Below are positions 1 through 12,111 of a stretch of 64,000 nucleotides of DNA, piece by piece. The notes beneath the pieces are model-generated. The model saw nothing but the letters and a program-made list of their open reading frames with translations. It was not told where the DNA came from and searched no databases. The stretch's first letter is position 1. Every line of letters starts with the position of its first letter. Made by a program: the position numbers and the translations under genes. The stretch covers positions 132,990,001 through 133,054,000 of the forward strand of contig NC_043000.1 in the NCBI RefSeq assembly GCF_006345805.1. Reading direction: 5' to 3'. Source of the DNA: Octopus sinensis (Eukaryota).

Positions 1-263
1 AATATTCCTATTATCTTTAGTTCTTTTCTTTCGTTTTTCTTCCAAACTGTTTTACATATATTACTAATTATAGCAAAAAGTGGGGGAGCTTTTGTAGTAA
101 TATATATTAGCATATTATTGAAACAACTTATTAATAAATAAATTAATGGATAATATTCATTTAATTATTACAGCTGGATGCCCTTTTCTACAACCAACTA
201 ATTACTCCATGGAAACTAAAGCAAGCATAGTTATGAGCATTGTTTTTTCCAAAAGTACAATAT

Positions 264-653
264 GATATATATAAAGCTGAAGTTGTCTGTGTGTGGCAGG
301 TTTGGTAGCCTTCAACTAACACTATCTCCTCCGAGACCCTGTGGCACAAGTTGACCAAAATTGAGAGTATGATAGAAGAAGGCTTGTTCTTCATTCCGTA
401 GAAGATAAAATTCAAATCGGACCATATGAAGACCAAAAATGATTTACATCAAAAAGGTGCTTTTTTTTCTATGAAAATCCCTATTTTTTACGATTTTTTG
501 ACTGCTGTGCCACCATTTTTCGGTGTATTTCAACCAGAAAAATGTTCACTTAAAGAGAATAACAAGCTACATAATGCAAAATTTTTACTTTTCAAAAATT
601 CCAATTCCAAAGGGTCGAAACAAACCCGAGCAACGCCAGGCGATACTGCTAGT
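264..653 (-). mobile_element. Non-autonomous Helitron-like (Lep1/HINE-type) element, family H1, copy 1 of a tandem pair
   Basis: On the minus strand it starts ACTAGCAGTATCGCCTGGCGTTGCTCGGG and ends CACACAGACAACTTCAGCTTTATATATAT. The same element occurs at 654-1042, 30635-31002 and 51902-52290. The Helitron class is inferred from resemblance of the termini to Lep1-type elements. Confidence 0.6.
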
Positions 654-1042
654 ATATATATAAAGCCTAAGTTGTCTATGTGTGGCAGGTTTTGTAGCCT
701 TCAACTAACACTATCTCCTCCGAGACCCTGTGGCACAAGTTGACCAAAATTGAGAGTATGATAGAAGAAGGCTTGCTCTTCATTCCGTAGAAGATAAAAT
801 TCAAATCGGACCATATGAAGACCAAAAATGATTTACATCAAAAAGGTGCTTTTTTTTCTATGAAAATCCCTATTTTTTACGATTTTTTGACTGCTGTGCC
901 ACCATTTTTCGGTGTATTTCAACCAGAAAAATGTTCACTTAAAGAGAATAACAAGCTACATAATGCAAAATTTTTACTTTTCAAAAATTCCAATTCTAAA
1001 GGGTCAAAACAAACCTGAGCAACGCCGGGTGATACTGCTAGT
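654..1042 (-). mobile_element. Family H1 element, copy 2 (head-to-tail, 389-bp period)
   Basis: Near-identical to 264-653; the same spurious ORF starts at 426 and at 815. Confidence 0.65.
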
Positions 1043-1416
1043 ATGATATAAACTGTTATTTTCACAGAAATATTAAATATAGTTTAAGCATATTTAACAA
1101 GCACATCTCATCCTTTATCACTGATTCAATCATTCCTGATCCATGATAACACTGTACACTAATTGTGAACGATGTTATGCTTATAACAAATTGATCTGTG
1201 ATAACAGGGATCGGCAATCAGCAAAAGATTCTGCTTGGACTGGAAAAGCATGCCCCAGTGACTATCAACAATGCTCAGGACAACTTGGGGTCTCAAAACA
1301 AAATCTGCTTTCCTCATATGTTCTCATGTTCATTTATCACCGATTCATTTAACACAGAGCCTTTTTGGAACCAAATACCCAATGATAAATGAGGATATAT
1401 ATATATATATTAATAT

Positions 1417-1735
1417 GTGGAGGTGCAATGGCCCAGTGGTTAGGGCAGCAGACTCGCAGTTGTAAGATCGCGGTTTCGATTCCCAGACCGGGCGTTGTGA
1501 GTGTTTATAGAGCGAAAACACCTAAAGTCCCACAAGGCTCCGTCAGGGGGTGGCGGCAATCCCTACTGTACTCTTTTGCCACAACTTTCTCTCACTCTTT
1601 CTTCTGTTGGCCTGCTCGCTTAGTCAGCAGGGTGGCGTCATTTGAAGGCTAAAACAATGCGAAGCGCCTTGTGACCAGTGATGTGTAGCAACATCTGATA
1701 GCCAGGTTGGTCACGGTGATCACGATCACGGTGAT
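1417..1735 (+). mobile_element. tRNA(Arg)-derived SINE, OR1/OR2-like
   Basis: Head GGAGGTGCAATGGCCCAGTGGTTAGGGCAGCAGACTCGCAG...GGTTTCGATTCC with A and B boxes and a TCG anticodon-like loop. Multicopy body and tail. The family name is from recall. Confidence 0.7.
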
Positions 1736-2094
1736 ATACATTAATATAATATAACCATGGTAAAATATTCTTGTATATTTGTCACTAGTAATTATTTCTT
1801 TTCAGTTTATCATTTATTAGAGAGGAAATGAAATGTTCATTGGATTAATTATTAGCATCGTTACAGTTTAGAGCAAAAAATGAGGTTACATGGTAGATAG
1901 CAGACACTAATAAGAAATGAAAGTTAAATCATGAAATTGTTAGAGATTTTTTGTAAAGCCAACACAGAAAACAGATATAATGGGAGAAGTTTTTAAGTTT
2001 GTGTTATCATTGTTGTTATTTAACCCCAGGTCAATACTAACTGAGACAACCAATGATTGAAGTTATTCCAACTGTAACAGTCTTCTTCATCATC

Positions 2095-2410
2095 CTCATC
2101 ATCATCATCATCATCGTTTAACATCTGCTTTCCATGCTAGCATGGGTTGGACGATTTGACTGAGAACTGGCAAACCAGATGGCTGCACCAGGCTCCAATC
2201 TGATCTGGCAGAGTTTCTACAGCTGGATGCCCTTCCTAATGCCAACCACTCTGAGAGTGTAGTGGATGCTTTTACGTGCCACCGGCATGAGGGCCAGTCA
2301 GGTGGTCCTGGCAACGGCCATGCTCAAATGGTGCTTTTTATATACCACCTGCACAGGAGCCAGTCCAGCGACACTGGCAACGACCTCGCTCGAATGTTTT
2401 TTCACGTGTA
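2095..2410 (-). mobile_element. SINE family B (GGCATTAGGAAGGGCATCCAGCTGTAGAA core, (GAT)n tail)
   Basis: Same core in more than 12 places in the window; ends in an (ATC)n run on the plus strand. Confidence 0.75.
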
Positions 2411-2724
2411 TATCTAGAACTATATTGTCCAGCTTGTCTTTTTTTTTCTTGGATGATAAATTGTGATTTGAAGAAAACTTAGCTGTTATTTCTGTATAGT
2501 CACTTCTGTAACTACAAAAAAAGGTTCCATCATCTTGTGTGGTATGAAAATGGCATTCCACAGTGCATTTCAAGTCATTTTCCTGTTTAACCATTTTCAG
2601 TTAATTTACTTATAATGCCTATAGTTTTCAGCCTTAGTTAATAACTCAGAAAAGGATAGACTCTATCAAGCTGACTTTTTATGGCATTAAATGTCATAAT
2701 GTCTAAGATGTGCTATTGTTAATA

Positions 2725-3255
2725 TTGAAGGTGTGTGGCTTAGCGGTTAGGGTATTCGATTCATGATTGTAAGGTCATGAGTTTGACTCCCAGCAACGAG
2801 TTGTGTCCTTGAGCAAGACACTTTATTTCACATTTCTCCAGTCCACTCAGCTGGCAAAAGTAAGTTGTATCAATAATTCTGTGTCATGAGGAATCTCCTT
2901 GAGAACTATGTTAACCCTTTTGTTACCATATTTCTCTTGAAATGCTCTGTGTTTCTTTCAATCAATTTTAAATATAACAAAGAATTTAGTAAAATAACTT
3001 AGTCATCATTAAGCTAATGTTAGGAACATAAATTGTGACTAAGGTTTGGTGGAAGATTTTAATTCAGAACTTTTGAAGACAAGACATTTGTACGACAGAG
3101 CCAGAGGTGGTTTCAGTCGGGTTGGTATCAAAAGGGTTAAGGATACACGTGTCTGTGGAGTACCCAGCCACTTGCATATTAATTTCACAAGCAGACTTTT
3201 CTGTTGATTAGATCAACTGAAACCCCATCATTATAACTGACAGAGTGCCAACAGC
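2725..3255 (+). mobile_element. OR-like SINE (CORE-like GTGTCCTTGAGCAAGACAC) interrupted by a MITE
   Basis: tRNA-like head and the same body as 34590-34905 and 53716-54030; split at GAGAACTATGTTAA. Confidence 0.7.
2915..3136. mobile_element. piggyBac-type MITE (family P1)
   Basis: TTAA at 2911-2914 and 3137-3140; TIRs CCCTTTTGTTACCA / TGGTATCAAAAGGG; second copy at 27255-27476. Confidence 0.75.
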
Positions 3256-3607
3256 TATTGTTAATGCAATTATAATCTTTCAGACTAATAATCTCATCGT
3301 TAGAGAGGAAATATATTTTTAAAATCTACATCTATACAACAAAACCTGCTCACCTAGCCAGTGTGATGGCATCATTCGAAAATTACAACAATGCAAGGAA
3401 GCACATTGTGACTAGTGGTGTATAACAATATCTGTTAGTCTTGTCAATACAGTGATATAGCTATACTATATTTCAATTGGTTTGATCTCATATCATCATT
3501 AAGTGTCAACTGGTCCAAAATAGGAAATCACAGATATGTGAGTAAAGAATAAAGAGGAGTGGAAAATGTTATCATCTGCATAGAAGCGGTGTTAGACAGT
3601 AAGTTAT

Positions 3608-3874
3608 TAATCTTTTAGCATTCAGACTACTCTGTCAAATGGTATGCTTACTTATCTTTTATATATTTTATCTTTTACTTGCTTCAGTCTTAGTCTGTGG
3701 CCATGCTGGGGTTCTGCCTTGAAGAATTTTTAGTCAAATTTTTAGACCACAGTACCTTTTTTAAGCCCGGTACTTATTCTATTGGTCTCTTTTGCTGAAC
3801 TGCTAAGTTACTAGGGTGCAAACACAACAACACTGATTGTCAAGTGGTTGAAGAGAACAAACACTGGTAGAAAG

Positions 3875-3958
<84 letters not shown>

Positions 3959-4305
3959 TATTTGATGCCTTCTTTCAGTTTCCACTTACAAAATCCACTC
4001 ACAAGGCTTTGGTTGGCATGAGACTTAAGAAGACACTTGCCCAAGGTTCCACACAGTGAGACTGAACCCAGAACCATATCAAACTTCTTACCACACATCC
4101 ATGCCTGAGCCCACATACAGTTACATTCTCTTTCTTTTGAATTAATCATGTATTATCTTATAGCTTCGAGATTTAAATGACGTGATCACTTATCTTTACA
4201 GCAACATCACAGTGTAGGTGAGATAGGCTGAATCTGGCCAATTTGAACATGAAATATGTAGGATATTTGAGTCAGATATAGCTGGTTTAAAAACCAAGGA
4301 GTTTA
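3608..4305. mobile_element. piggyBac-type MITE (family P2, degenerate) interrupted by a SINE A copy
   Basis: Segments at about 3608-3655 and 4125-4305 match the uninterrupted copy at 56957-57170. Confidence 0.5.
3665..4115 (-). mobile_element. SINE family A
   Basis: Reverse complement of the family A body (tail TTTTACTTGxTTCAGTC, internal (CA)n, CORE-like GACACTTGCCCAAGG). Confidence 0.75.
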
Positions 4306-4384
4306 ATATAAAGGAGAAAAAGTGCACAAGAAATAGCTAAACCTTAGGACATTCATGTAGTCTGGATCCATCTTATTTAGTTTA

Positions 4385-4830
4385 AATGTAAAATCTGTGC
4401 TTTTGTATGGCTCTGAAACATGGAGAGCCACCTGCAGCAACTACAAGAAAATCCAGACCTTTATCAACAAATGTGTCTGGCAGATCCTCCATCTGAAGTG
4501 GTCCGACAGAGTGCCAAACACCGACCTGTGGGAAAGGGCCAACTAGGAGCCCATACATGTTCAGATTAGACGAAGAAAATGGAGATGGATCGGACATACA
4601 CTGCGGAAAGAACCCTCAAATGTGACATGACAAGCACTTGACTGGAACCTGCAGGGGAAAAGGAAGCGAGGACACCCGAAGCAGACATGGAAGCGGAGCA
4701 TTTTGGACGAGCTCAGGACCAATGACCTGACATGGGAAGCAGCCAAGAAACGTGCCAATGACCACAAAAAGTGGGAAAAAAACTGTTGAGGCCCTATGCT
4801 CCACAAGGGGCAAAAAGAATTAAGAAGAAG
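4385..4830 (+). mobile_element. RTE-clade LINE, 5'-truncated ORF2 C-terminus (pseudogenised)
   Basis: Translates NVKSVLLYGSETW...QILHLKWSDRVPNTDLWERAN*EPIHVQIRRRKWRWIGHTLRK...ALDWNLQGKRKRGHPKQTWKRS, typical of the RTE ORF2 end; in-frame stops; TAAGAAGAAG tail. Confidence 0.85.
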
Positions 4831-5313
4831 GATCCATCAGTGCAACTTATGATGATGCAGTCTGATAGAGAACATTCAAACCAAGAGACAACGAGAAGAT
4901 GGAGCCTGTAAGTGAGATTTTCATACCAGACATGGTCAAATGGTTCATCGATATCAAGTACAATAATGTTGCTTCCACAGAGCGTCTCAAGGACAAGGAG
5001 CAACTGATTAATGACATAGAGGAGAGTAAATCTGGTTCAGCAAATTAATTAATGAGTTAGAGTAAAGCGATACCTGTTTGAGATAAGATCAGATACAAAG
5101 AAGATGTGAATAAGAAAAGTGTTACTTGTGTTGACAACAAATAGATTTTCTCTCAACCTCCCCCTTCTCTTTTACATGATGACATCAGTGAGCATCTTAT
5201 GTTATATGATGTGGACTGTGAACAATGAAGACAATTTAGAGCAGCTGGATGCACAACACAAATTTGAAAAAACAATCAAGTTAGCTGTTACCACCACCCT
5301 TTTCTACCTCCTC

Positions 5314-5314
<1 letters not shown>

Positions 5315-5359
<45 letters not shown>

Positions 5360-5385
5360 AACTACTGCTGCTGCTGCTGCTGCTA
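5315..5385. repeat. (CTA)n/(CTG)n microsatellite
   Basis: Direct reading; a related run lies at 5690-5737. Confidence 0.9.
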
Positions 5386-5704
5386 TCATTAGCTCAACTA
5401 CTTGATCCGCCCTTTCTCGTGGCATTAGGTGCTGCCGACAATGGTAGGAAATTAATTACAAAGTAAAACTTCCTTTGATTTTGTTCCATCCTCACAGGTA
5501 AGAGAGATAATACTCCAAAGGAGAGAAGATGTTAATTCACAGTAAGCAGCAGGAATAGTGTATACTTGATGAGTGTTTTGTTGGAGGAGTGAAGGTATTT
5601 CCATGGGAAAAAAACCACATGCAGAAAGAAAGAGGTTTGCAAAACCACCACCAACAACACCAACACCAACACCACCACCATAATCTGTAATACTGCTGCT
5701 GCTG

Positions 5705-5738
<34 letters not shown>

Positions 5739-6169
5739 AAATGATGCTCATGAAATTCAGTAATCAAATGTAATATTCTAAAAACCAGTCTTTAACAACA
5801 TATGTATGTATGTATGTATGTAGGGTTATATGTGAATATGTATGCATGTACGTATGTATGTATGTATGAATCTATGTATGGTTGTATGTATATATTTCTG
5901 TACATATCCGTGTATAGTTGCATGTATGTATGTATGTATGTAGTATGTATGTATGTATGTATTTACATATTTATGTGTGTATGTATTTTTTTAAAAAATG
6001 AAATTACTTTGTTAAAATTCGATGATTATGAATAAAGCCTGACATTCTACCAAATTACATAATTTAGCAAATTTATGTAAACGCAAGACTTTAATATTTA
6101 ATCTGTTTGTCTCGTATTTGTTTTCTCCACACACACAGAAAAAGGGAGGAAAAAAAGCAAATTTCATTA

Positions 6170-6415
6170 TATCATCATCATCATCATCATCATCATCAGC
6201 GCTAACATCATCATTGTCATCGTCATCATGATCAACATCATCTTCATTGTGATTATTATTGCCATCATTATTATCATCATCGCTGGCATTACTATCATCA
6301 ACATCATTGCCATTTTTTATCGTCGACATCATCATCATTCCTCTCTTTCTCCTCTTCCTCATTACTGCCACTGCTATGATTGCTGACATCATCATCATCA
6401 TCATCATCATCATCG
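6170..6415. repeat. Degenerate (ATC)n microsatellite
   Basis: Direct reading. Confidence 0.85.
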
Positions 6416-6619
6416 TCGCCTGTCATCAATAACTGACAACTGAATAAGTTGCCATTAATAAAATATATTCAAAAATGCTTTTGTGTTGTTTTAGTATAAA
6501 AACCTAACTTTGATCTTATTCAAATTCTTCCCACCAACCTGCTTCCTTTCTACTTTTCTTTTAATTTTTTTATTTTGGCTTTTTCCTTATCACTCATTTT
6601 ATCCAGTATATAGCAGCAC

Positions 6620-7270
6620 AGTGGAGGCGCAATGACCCAGTGGTTAGGGCAGCAGACTCGCGGTCGTAGGATCGTTCGTTCGTTCGTTTAGCATCCGTTT
6701 TCCATGCTAGCATGGGTTGGACGGGTCAACTGGGGTCTGTGAAGCTGGAAGGCTTCGTCAGGCCCAGTCAGATCTGGCAGTGTTTCTACGGCTGGATGCC
6801 CTTCCTAATGCCAACCACTCCGCGAGTGTAGTGGGTGTTTTTTACGTGCCACCTGCACAGGTGCCAGACAGAGCTGGCGAACGGCCACGAACGGATGGTG
6901 CTTTTACGTGTCACCGGCACGGGGCCAGGCGATGCTGGCGGTTTCAATTCCCAGACCGGGTGTTGTGAGTGTTTATTGAGCGAAAACACCTAAAGCTCCA
7001 CGAGGCTCCGGCAGGGGATGGTGGTGATCCCTGCTGTACTCTTTCACCACAACTTTCTCTCACTCTTACTTCCTCTTTCTGTTGTACCTGTACTTCAAAG
7101 GGCCAGCCTTGTCACTCTCTGTGTCACGCTGAATATCCCCAAGAACTACGTTAAGGGTACACGTGTCTGTGGAGTGCTCAGCCACTTATATGTTAATTTC
7201 ATGAGCAGGCTGTTCCATTGATCGGATCAACCGGAACCCTCGTCGTCGTAACCGACGGAGTGCTTCCACA
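6620..7270 (+). mobile_element. OR-like SINE interrupted within its tRNA head by a SINE B copy
   Basis: Head to ...GTAGGATCG (about 6674) resumes as GCGGTTTCAATTCCCAGACC at about 6938. Confidence 0.8.
6675..6937 (-). mobile_element. SINE family B, nested
   Basis: Family B core; tail here is (CGAA)n. Confidence 0.8.
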
Positions 7271-7520
7271 ATATAGCAGCACTAACCAAACTCTACTGCT
7301 ACGACCACAACATCCATTACAATATTTCCAAACACCAAAACCCTTATGGAAAAAAAAAAAAGCATCAAAACTATCATTTTAGGTTTGAGGAAGAAAATTT
7401 AACCATTTAGTATTTAAACTGGCTATATCCAGCCCAAATATCTGATCTGCTTTGTTTTCAAATTGCCAGATCTGGCCTCTCACACTTCACCAACAATGTC
7501 ATTCGAAAAATAAACAATCA

Positions 7521-7925
7521 TAGGCGCAGGAGTGGCTGTGTGGTAAGTAGCTTGCTAACCAACCACATGGTTCCGGGTTCAGTCCCACTGCGTGGCATCT
7601 TGGGCAAGTGTCTTCTGCTATAGCCCCAGGCCGACCAAAGCCTTGTGAGTGGATTTGGTAGACGGAAACTGAAAGAAGCCCGTCGTATATATGTATATAT
7701 ATATGTGTGTGTGTGTTTGTGTGTCTGTGTTGGTTCCCCTAGCATTGCTTGACAACCGATGCTGGTGTGTTTATGTACCCGTTACTTAGCGGTTCGGCAA
7801 AAGAGACCGATAGGATAAGTACTGGGCTTACAAAAAGAATAAGTTCCGGGGTCAAGTTGCTCGATTAAAGGCGGTGCTCCAGCATGGCCGCAGTCAAATG
7901 ACTGAAACAAGTAAAAGAGTAAAAA
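7521..7925 (+). mobile_element. SINE family A, near full length
   Basis: GGCGCAGGAGTGGCTGTGTGGTAAG head, GGTTCAGTCCC B-box-like motif, CORE-like CTTGGGCAAGTGTCTT, internal (TA)(TG) tract, GAAACAAGTAAAAGAGTAAAA tail. Confidence 0.85.
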
Positions 7926-7974
7926 GAGAGCAAAAGAGAATCACATCTTTTAAACTTCAAAGCTATAAGATAAT

Positions 7975-8235
7975 CATCATCATCATTATTGTCGTTTAAC
8001 GTATGCTTTCGATGCTAGCATGGGTTGGACGATTTGACTGAGGACTGGCAAGCCAGAATGCAGCACCAGGCTCCAATCTTGATCTGGCAGAGTTTCTACA
8101 GTTGGATGCCCTTCCTAATGCCAACCACTCTAAGAGCGTAGTGGGTTTTTTTACGTGCCACCTGCACAGAAGCCAGTCCAGCGGCACTGGCAACAACATC
8201 TCTCAAATGTTTTTCACATGTCACTGGCACAGGAT
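7975..8235 (-). mobile_element. SINE family B
   Basis: Family B core next to an (ATC)n run. Confidence 0.75.
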
Positions 8236-8321
8236 TAATTCACAACAATGTGAACAAATAACCATTTGCATTTGACAGAATAATCTAAATGTTAAATAGG
8301 AAGATGGATGCTAAATGATGG

Positions 8322-8370
<49 letters not shown>

Positions 8371-8414
8371 AGTAGCAGGTTGCAAATTGTTAGCTGAGAA
8401 AGAATGCCAAGAAG

Positions 8415-8640
8415 TAACATGATGAGGCTTGTCTTAACTTACGCTGGTCACTTTAAAAAATTTGGCTAGAAGACTTCAAGAAAGTGGCAATCATGTATTA
8501 GAAAAAGCTCCTAAATGAACTTGGTAAACTAAAAAATTCCTACGGAATTTTGTTATCCAGTCAGACAGAATAACTAAATACCATAGACCAGATATGATTA
8601 CACAATGACGTAAATAAGAGAAAATGCTTCCATTGAGATG
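8415..8640 (+). mobile_element. R4/Dong-type non-LTR retrotransposon relic (zinc knuckle / restriction-like endonuclease region)
   Basis: Manual translation with frameshifts: HDEACLNLRWSL*K..FG*KTSRKWQ..KKFLRNFVIQSDRITKYHRPDMI, matching the recalled RHD..A..HW.LC...KWY..KILWDF.IQTD..I..RRPDI pattern. Confidence 0.55.
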
Positions 8641-8894
8641 TAAAGGGTAATGATGCTAAGGGTAATGAAACAACAACAAAAACAATAAAGTTAGTAATCC
8701 TTCCACAGAGAATAAAAAGATAAGAACTGGATAATTCGACAATTCTGTTCTTATTTGAACAGTGTTATGTTTGTATTTGGACAGAAACAGAGGCTCCAGC
8801 TGAAGCTCGGAGCTGAGCTGAAGACTAAAGATAGGATTTAGTATGTTGACATTCAGTGTAAATATAAACAGGGAAGTTTAAGCACATCCTCATA

Positions 8895-9200
8895 AATGGT
8901 GGTTGTGGTAGTGGTGGTGGTGGTGGTGGTGCCCACAACAATAGTGCTGCTACTGATGATGGTGATGATGATGATGATGATGTTGATTGTAGTGATGATG
9001 GTGGTGGTGGTGGTGGTGGTGGTGGTAGTGCAGGCAACAGTAGTGCTGATGATGATGATGATGTTGATTGTGGTGATAATGGTGGTGGTAATCATGAATG
9101 TTGTGATGATGATGATGATGATGATGATTAATCAACATTAATCAAGAGGTTGATCAGAATGGTGGTGGTGGTGGTGGTGATGTTATAGTGATGATGATGA
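8895..9200. repeat. Compound (GGT)n/(GAT)n trinucleotide repeat
   Basis: Direct reading. Confidence 0.9.
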
Positions 9201-9339
9201 TGACTTGTATGATAGCTTTAGTGATGAAGATGATAAGGATGACAAACAACAATAAAGCACGAGGTGGGAGAGGGGGCAGAAAATAAAGACATTGAGTTTG
9301 GTGGTGTAAATAACGATGACAAAAGATGATTTGAACAAA

Positions 9340-9406
9340 ATTATGTGCAATGGTGATGACGATAACGATGGCAACGGTGGCACATGTGGTAGTGCTAACA
9401 ATGACT

Positions 9407-9438
<32 letters not shown>

Positions 9439-9502
9439 GGTGATGGTGATGATGGTGATGATGGTGATGATGATGATGATGATGATGGTGGTGATGGTGG
9501 TG

Positions 9503-9555
<53 letters not shown>

Positions 9556-9592
9556 GATGATGATGGTGATGATGATGATGGTGATGACGATG

Positions 9593-9670
<78 letters not shown>

Positions 9671-9905
9671 GTGATGGTGATGATGGTGATGATGATGATG
9701 TGATGATGATGATGGTGATGATGATGGTGATGATGATGATGGTGATGATGATGATGATGATGATGGTGATGGTGATGGTGATGATGATGGTGATGATGAT
9801 GATGATGATGATGATGGTGGTGATGATGGTGATGATGATGATGATGGTGATGATGGTGATGATGATGGTGATGATGAAGATGATGATGATGGTGATGATG
9901 GTGAT
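9340..9905. repeat. Long interspersed (GAT)/(GGT) trinucleotide array
   Basis: About 500 bp of almost pure GAT/GGT triplets with one register shift near 9700. Confidence 0.95.
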
Positions 9906-10399
9906 GTGGAGGACAGGGAATGAAAAATTACAATTAATAATAATAATACTAACACAAACAATAATAACATTACATCAACAAAACAAACACTAAACAAACA
10001 AGCAAAAGAAAAGCATTTCCAGGAAAAAAAAGAAAATTATTTAATGATTTGTTTTTTTTTTTCAACTTTTCGTTACTTTCTGAATTTCTCGTTACTATTT
10101 AAGTTGTTTATTTAACTCTGCCTAATTTACTCTGTGTGTGTGTACGTATGTGTGTCTGGATGGATATATAATTATGTGCATATCTTATATGTAAGTCCAC
10201 TTGTGTACAAAGGAATGTGTGTGTATACACACACACACACACACATACACATCTTTATAGAGATAGATAGATAGATAGATAAATAGATAGATGCATACAT
10301 ATATGTATGTAATGCTTGTCGATATGCTAATACATGCATAAGTGTATGCAATTATGTGTGCACATGTCTGAGTGGATGTATATGTAAATATATTCATTA

Positions 10400-10653
10400 T
10401 ATATGAGCTTTGAATATGTATGAGCCTAAATGTGTTTATATACATATATACATATATATATATAATATATATATATACATATATATATATACATATATAT
10501 ATATACACATATATATATATAATATATATACATATATATATATATACATATACATATATATATACATATATATATATATACATATATATACATATATATA
10601 CATATATATATACATATATATTATACATATATACATATTATATATATATATAT

Positions 10654-10699
<46 letters not shown>

Positions 10700-10725
10700 A
10701 CATATACATATATATATGCACACAT

Positions 10726-10767
<42 letters not shown>

Positions 10768-10991
10768 TACACACACACACATATATATATATACATATAT
10801 ATTATACATATATATATACACATATACATACATATATATATATATACTATATATATATATACATATATATATACACACATATACATACATATATATATAC
10901 ATATAGATATATATATATATATATACATATAGATTATATATATATATATGAATATATACATACGCCTACACACATACATAGATACATAAAA

Positions 10992-11022
<31 letters not shown>

Positions 11023-11026
11023 CATA

Positions 11027-11059
<33 letters not shown>

Positions 11060-11134
11060 TACATATATATACATATAGATTATATATATATATAATATAT
11101 ACATACGCCTACACACATACATAGATACATAAAA

Positions 11135-11189
<55 letters not shown>

Positions 11190-11190
11190 T
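10400..11190. repeat. Complex (TA)/(CA) microsatellite
   Basis: Direct reading; includes a duplicated block of about 143 bp. Confidence 0.95.
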
Positions 11191-11700
11191 ATGTACACAT
11201 ACTGAAAGCATGTGTATGTGTGTCTGCATGTACGTGTGTGTTGTAGGTTAAGATAAAAGCCTGTGTTCGTATGATGTATGATGCATTTTTTAACAAGTAA
11301 AACCGTGAGTATTGATATTTAGGAATGGTGCCAAGTCTGCAGAGTCAAACAAGCGAAGCATCAACTGTCTGTTGGGTTCAGTCCAGTGTTGCAAACTTGT
11401 CTTCACTAATGCATGTGGACATAGGGAATAACTTTTACATTTTGCGATATTAGCATCTCCCCACACCATCGTTAACAGAAGTTTGGGTGGTGGAAGCGGC
11501 GGTCAGTGAGCTCGAAAGGTATTATGTGAGGTGTTAAGTTGTATTGGGTGTAGTGGTGGTGGTGGTGGTGGTGGTAGTATTTGTGGTTGTAATAGCAACA
11601 AAATTCAAATGTAACTGCACAGACACACGTGCGTATGTTCGTGTACATGTATATACACATACACACACATATATATGTATACATAAACATGTTATGTATG

Positions 11701-11734
<34 letters not shown>

Positions 11735-11738
<4 letters not shown>

Positions 11739-11850
11739 CGTGACCGACCAGGCTATCAGATGTTGCTACACATCGCTGGTCACAATGCGTTTCGCATTGT
11801 TTTAGCCTTTAAATGACGCCACCCCGCTGGCTAAGCGAGCAGGCCAATAT
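11735..11850 (-). mobile_element. OR-like SINE 3' fragment
   Basis: Reverse complement of about 1610-1730. Confidence 0.7.
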
Positions 11851-12111
11851 ATATATATATATATAATGTGTATATATATATATATATATATAATGTGTGT
11901 GTATATATATATATATATATATAAAATAAATATAAGAGAGTGGTCACTATATGGCTCACTCTAGCACCAGTATAATATATTATAAAATATTATAATAATC
12001 CAGGTTTCTCGGAGCACTAGGCCACTTGGTGTAGAATAGATATACTATTAAATTAGTATCTAATTCTCTCACCCTTATTAATTAATGCTATATATATATA
12101 TATATTATATA

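Noticed and set aside
426-1018. Recurrent 105-aa ORF MKTKNDLHQKGAFF... (related ORF at 51710)
   Set aside because: It lies inside the multicopy H1 element; copies differ in start and stop, and no domain was recognised.
1417-1495. tRNA genes at SINE heads (also 6620, 7521, 22148 and others)
   Set aside because: tRNA-derived SINE heads joined to SINE bodies; they do not form complete cloverleaves.
4869-5290. Protein-like frames RTFKPRDNEKMEPVSEIF... and the N-terminal part of ORF 5119
   Set aside because: Better explained as heavily decayed LINE ORF2 pieces next to the RTE fragment; too degenerate to list as features.
9316-9997. Poly-Asp, poly-His and poly-Met ORFs
   Set aside because: Products of a GAT/GGT microsatellite open in several frames.
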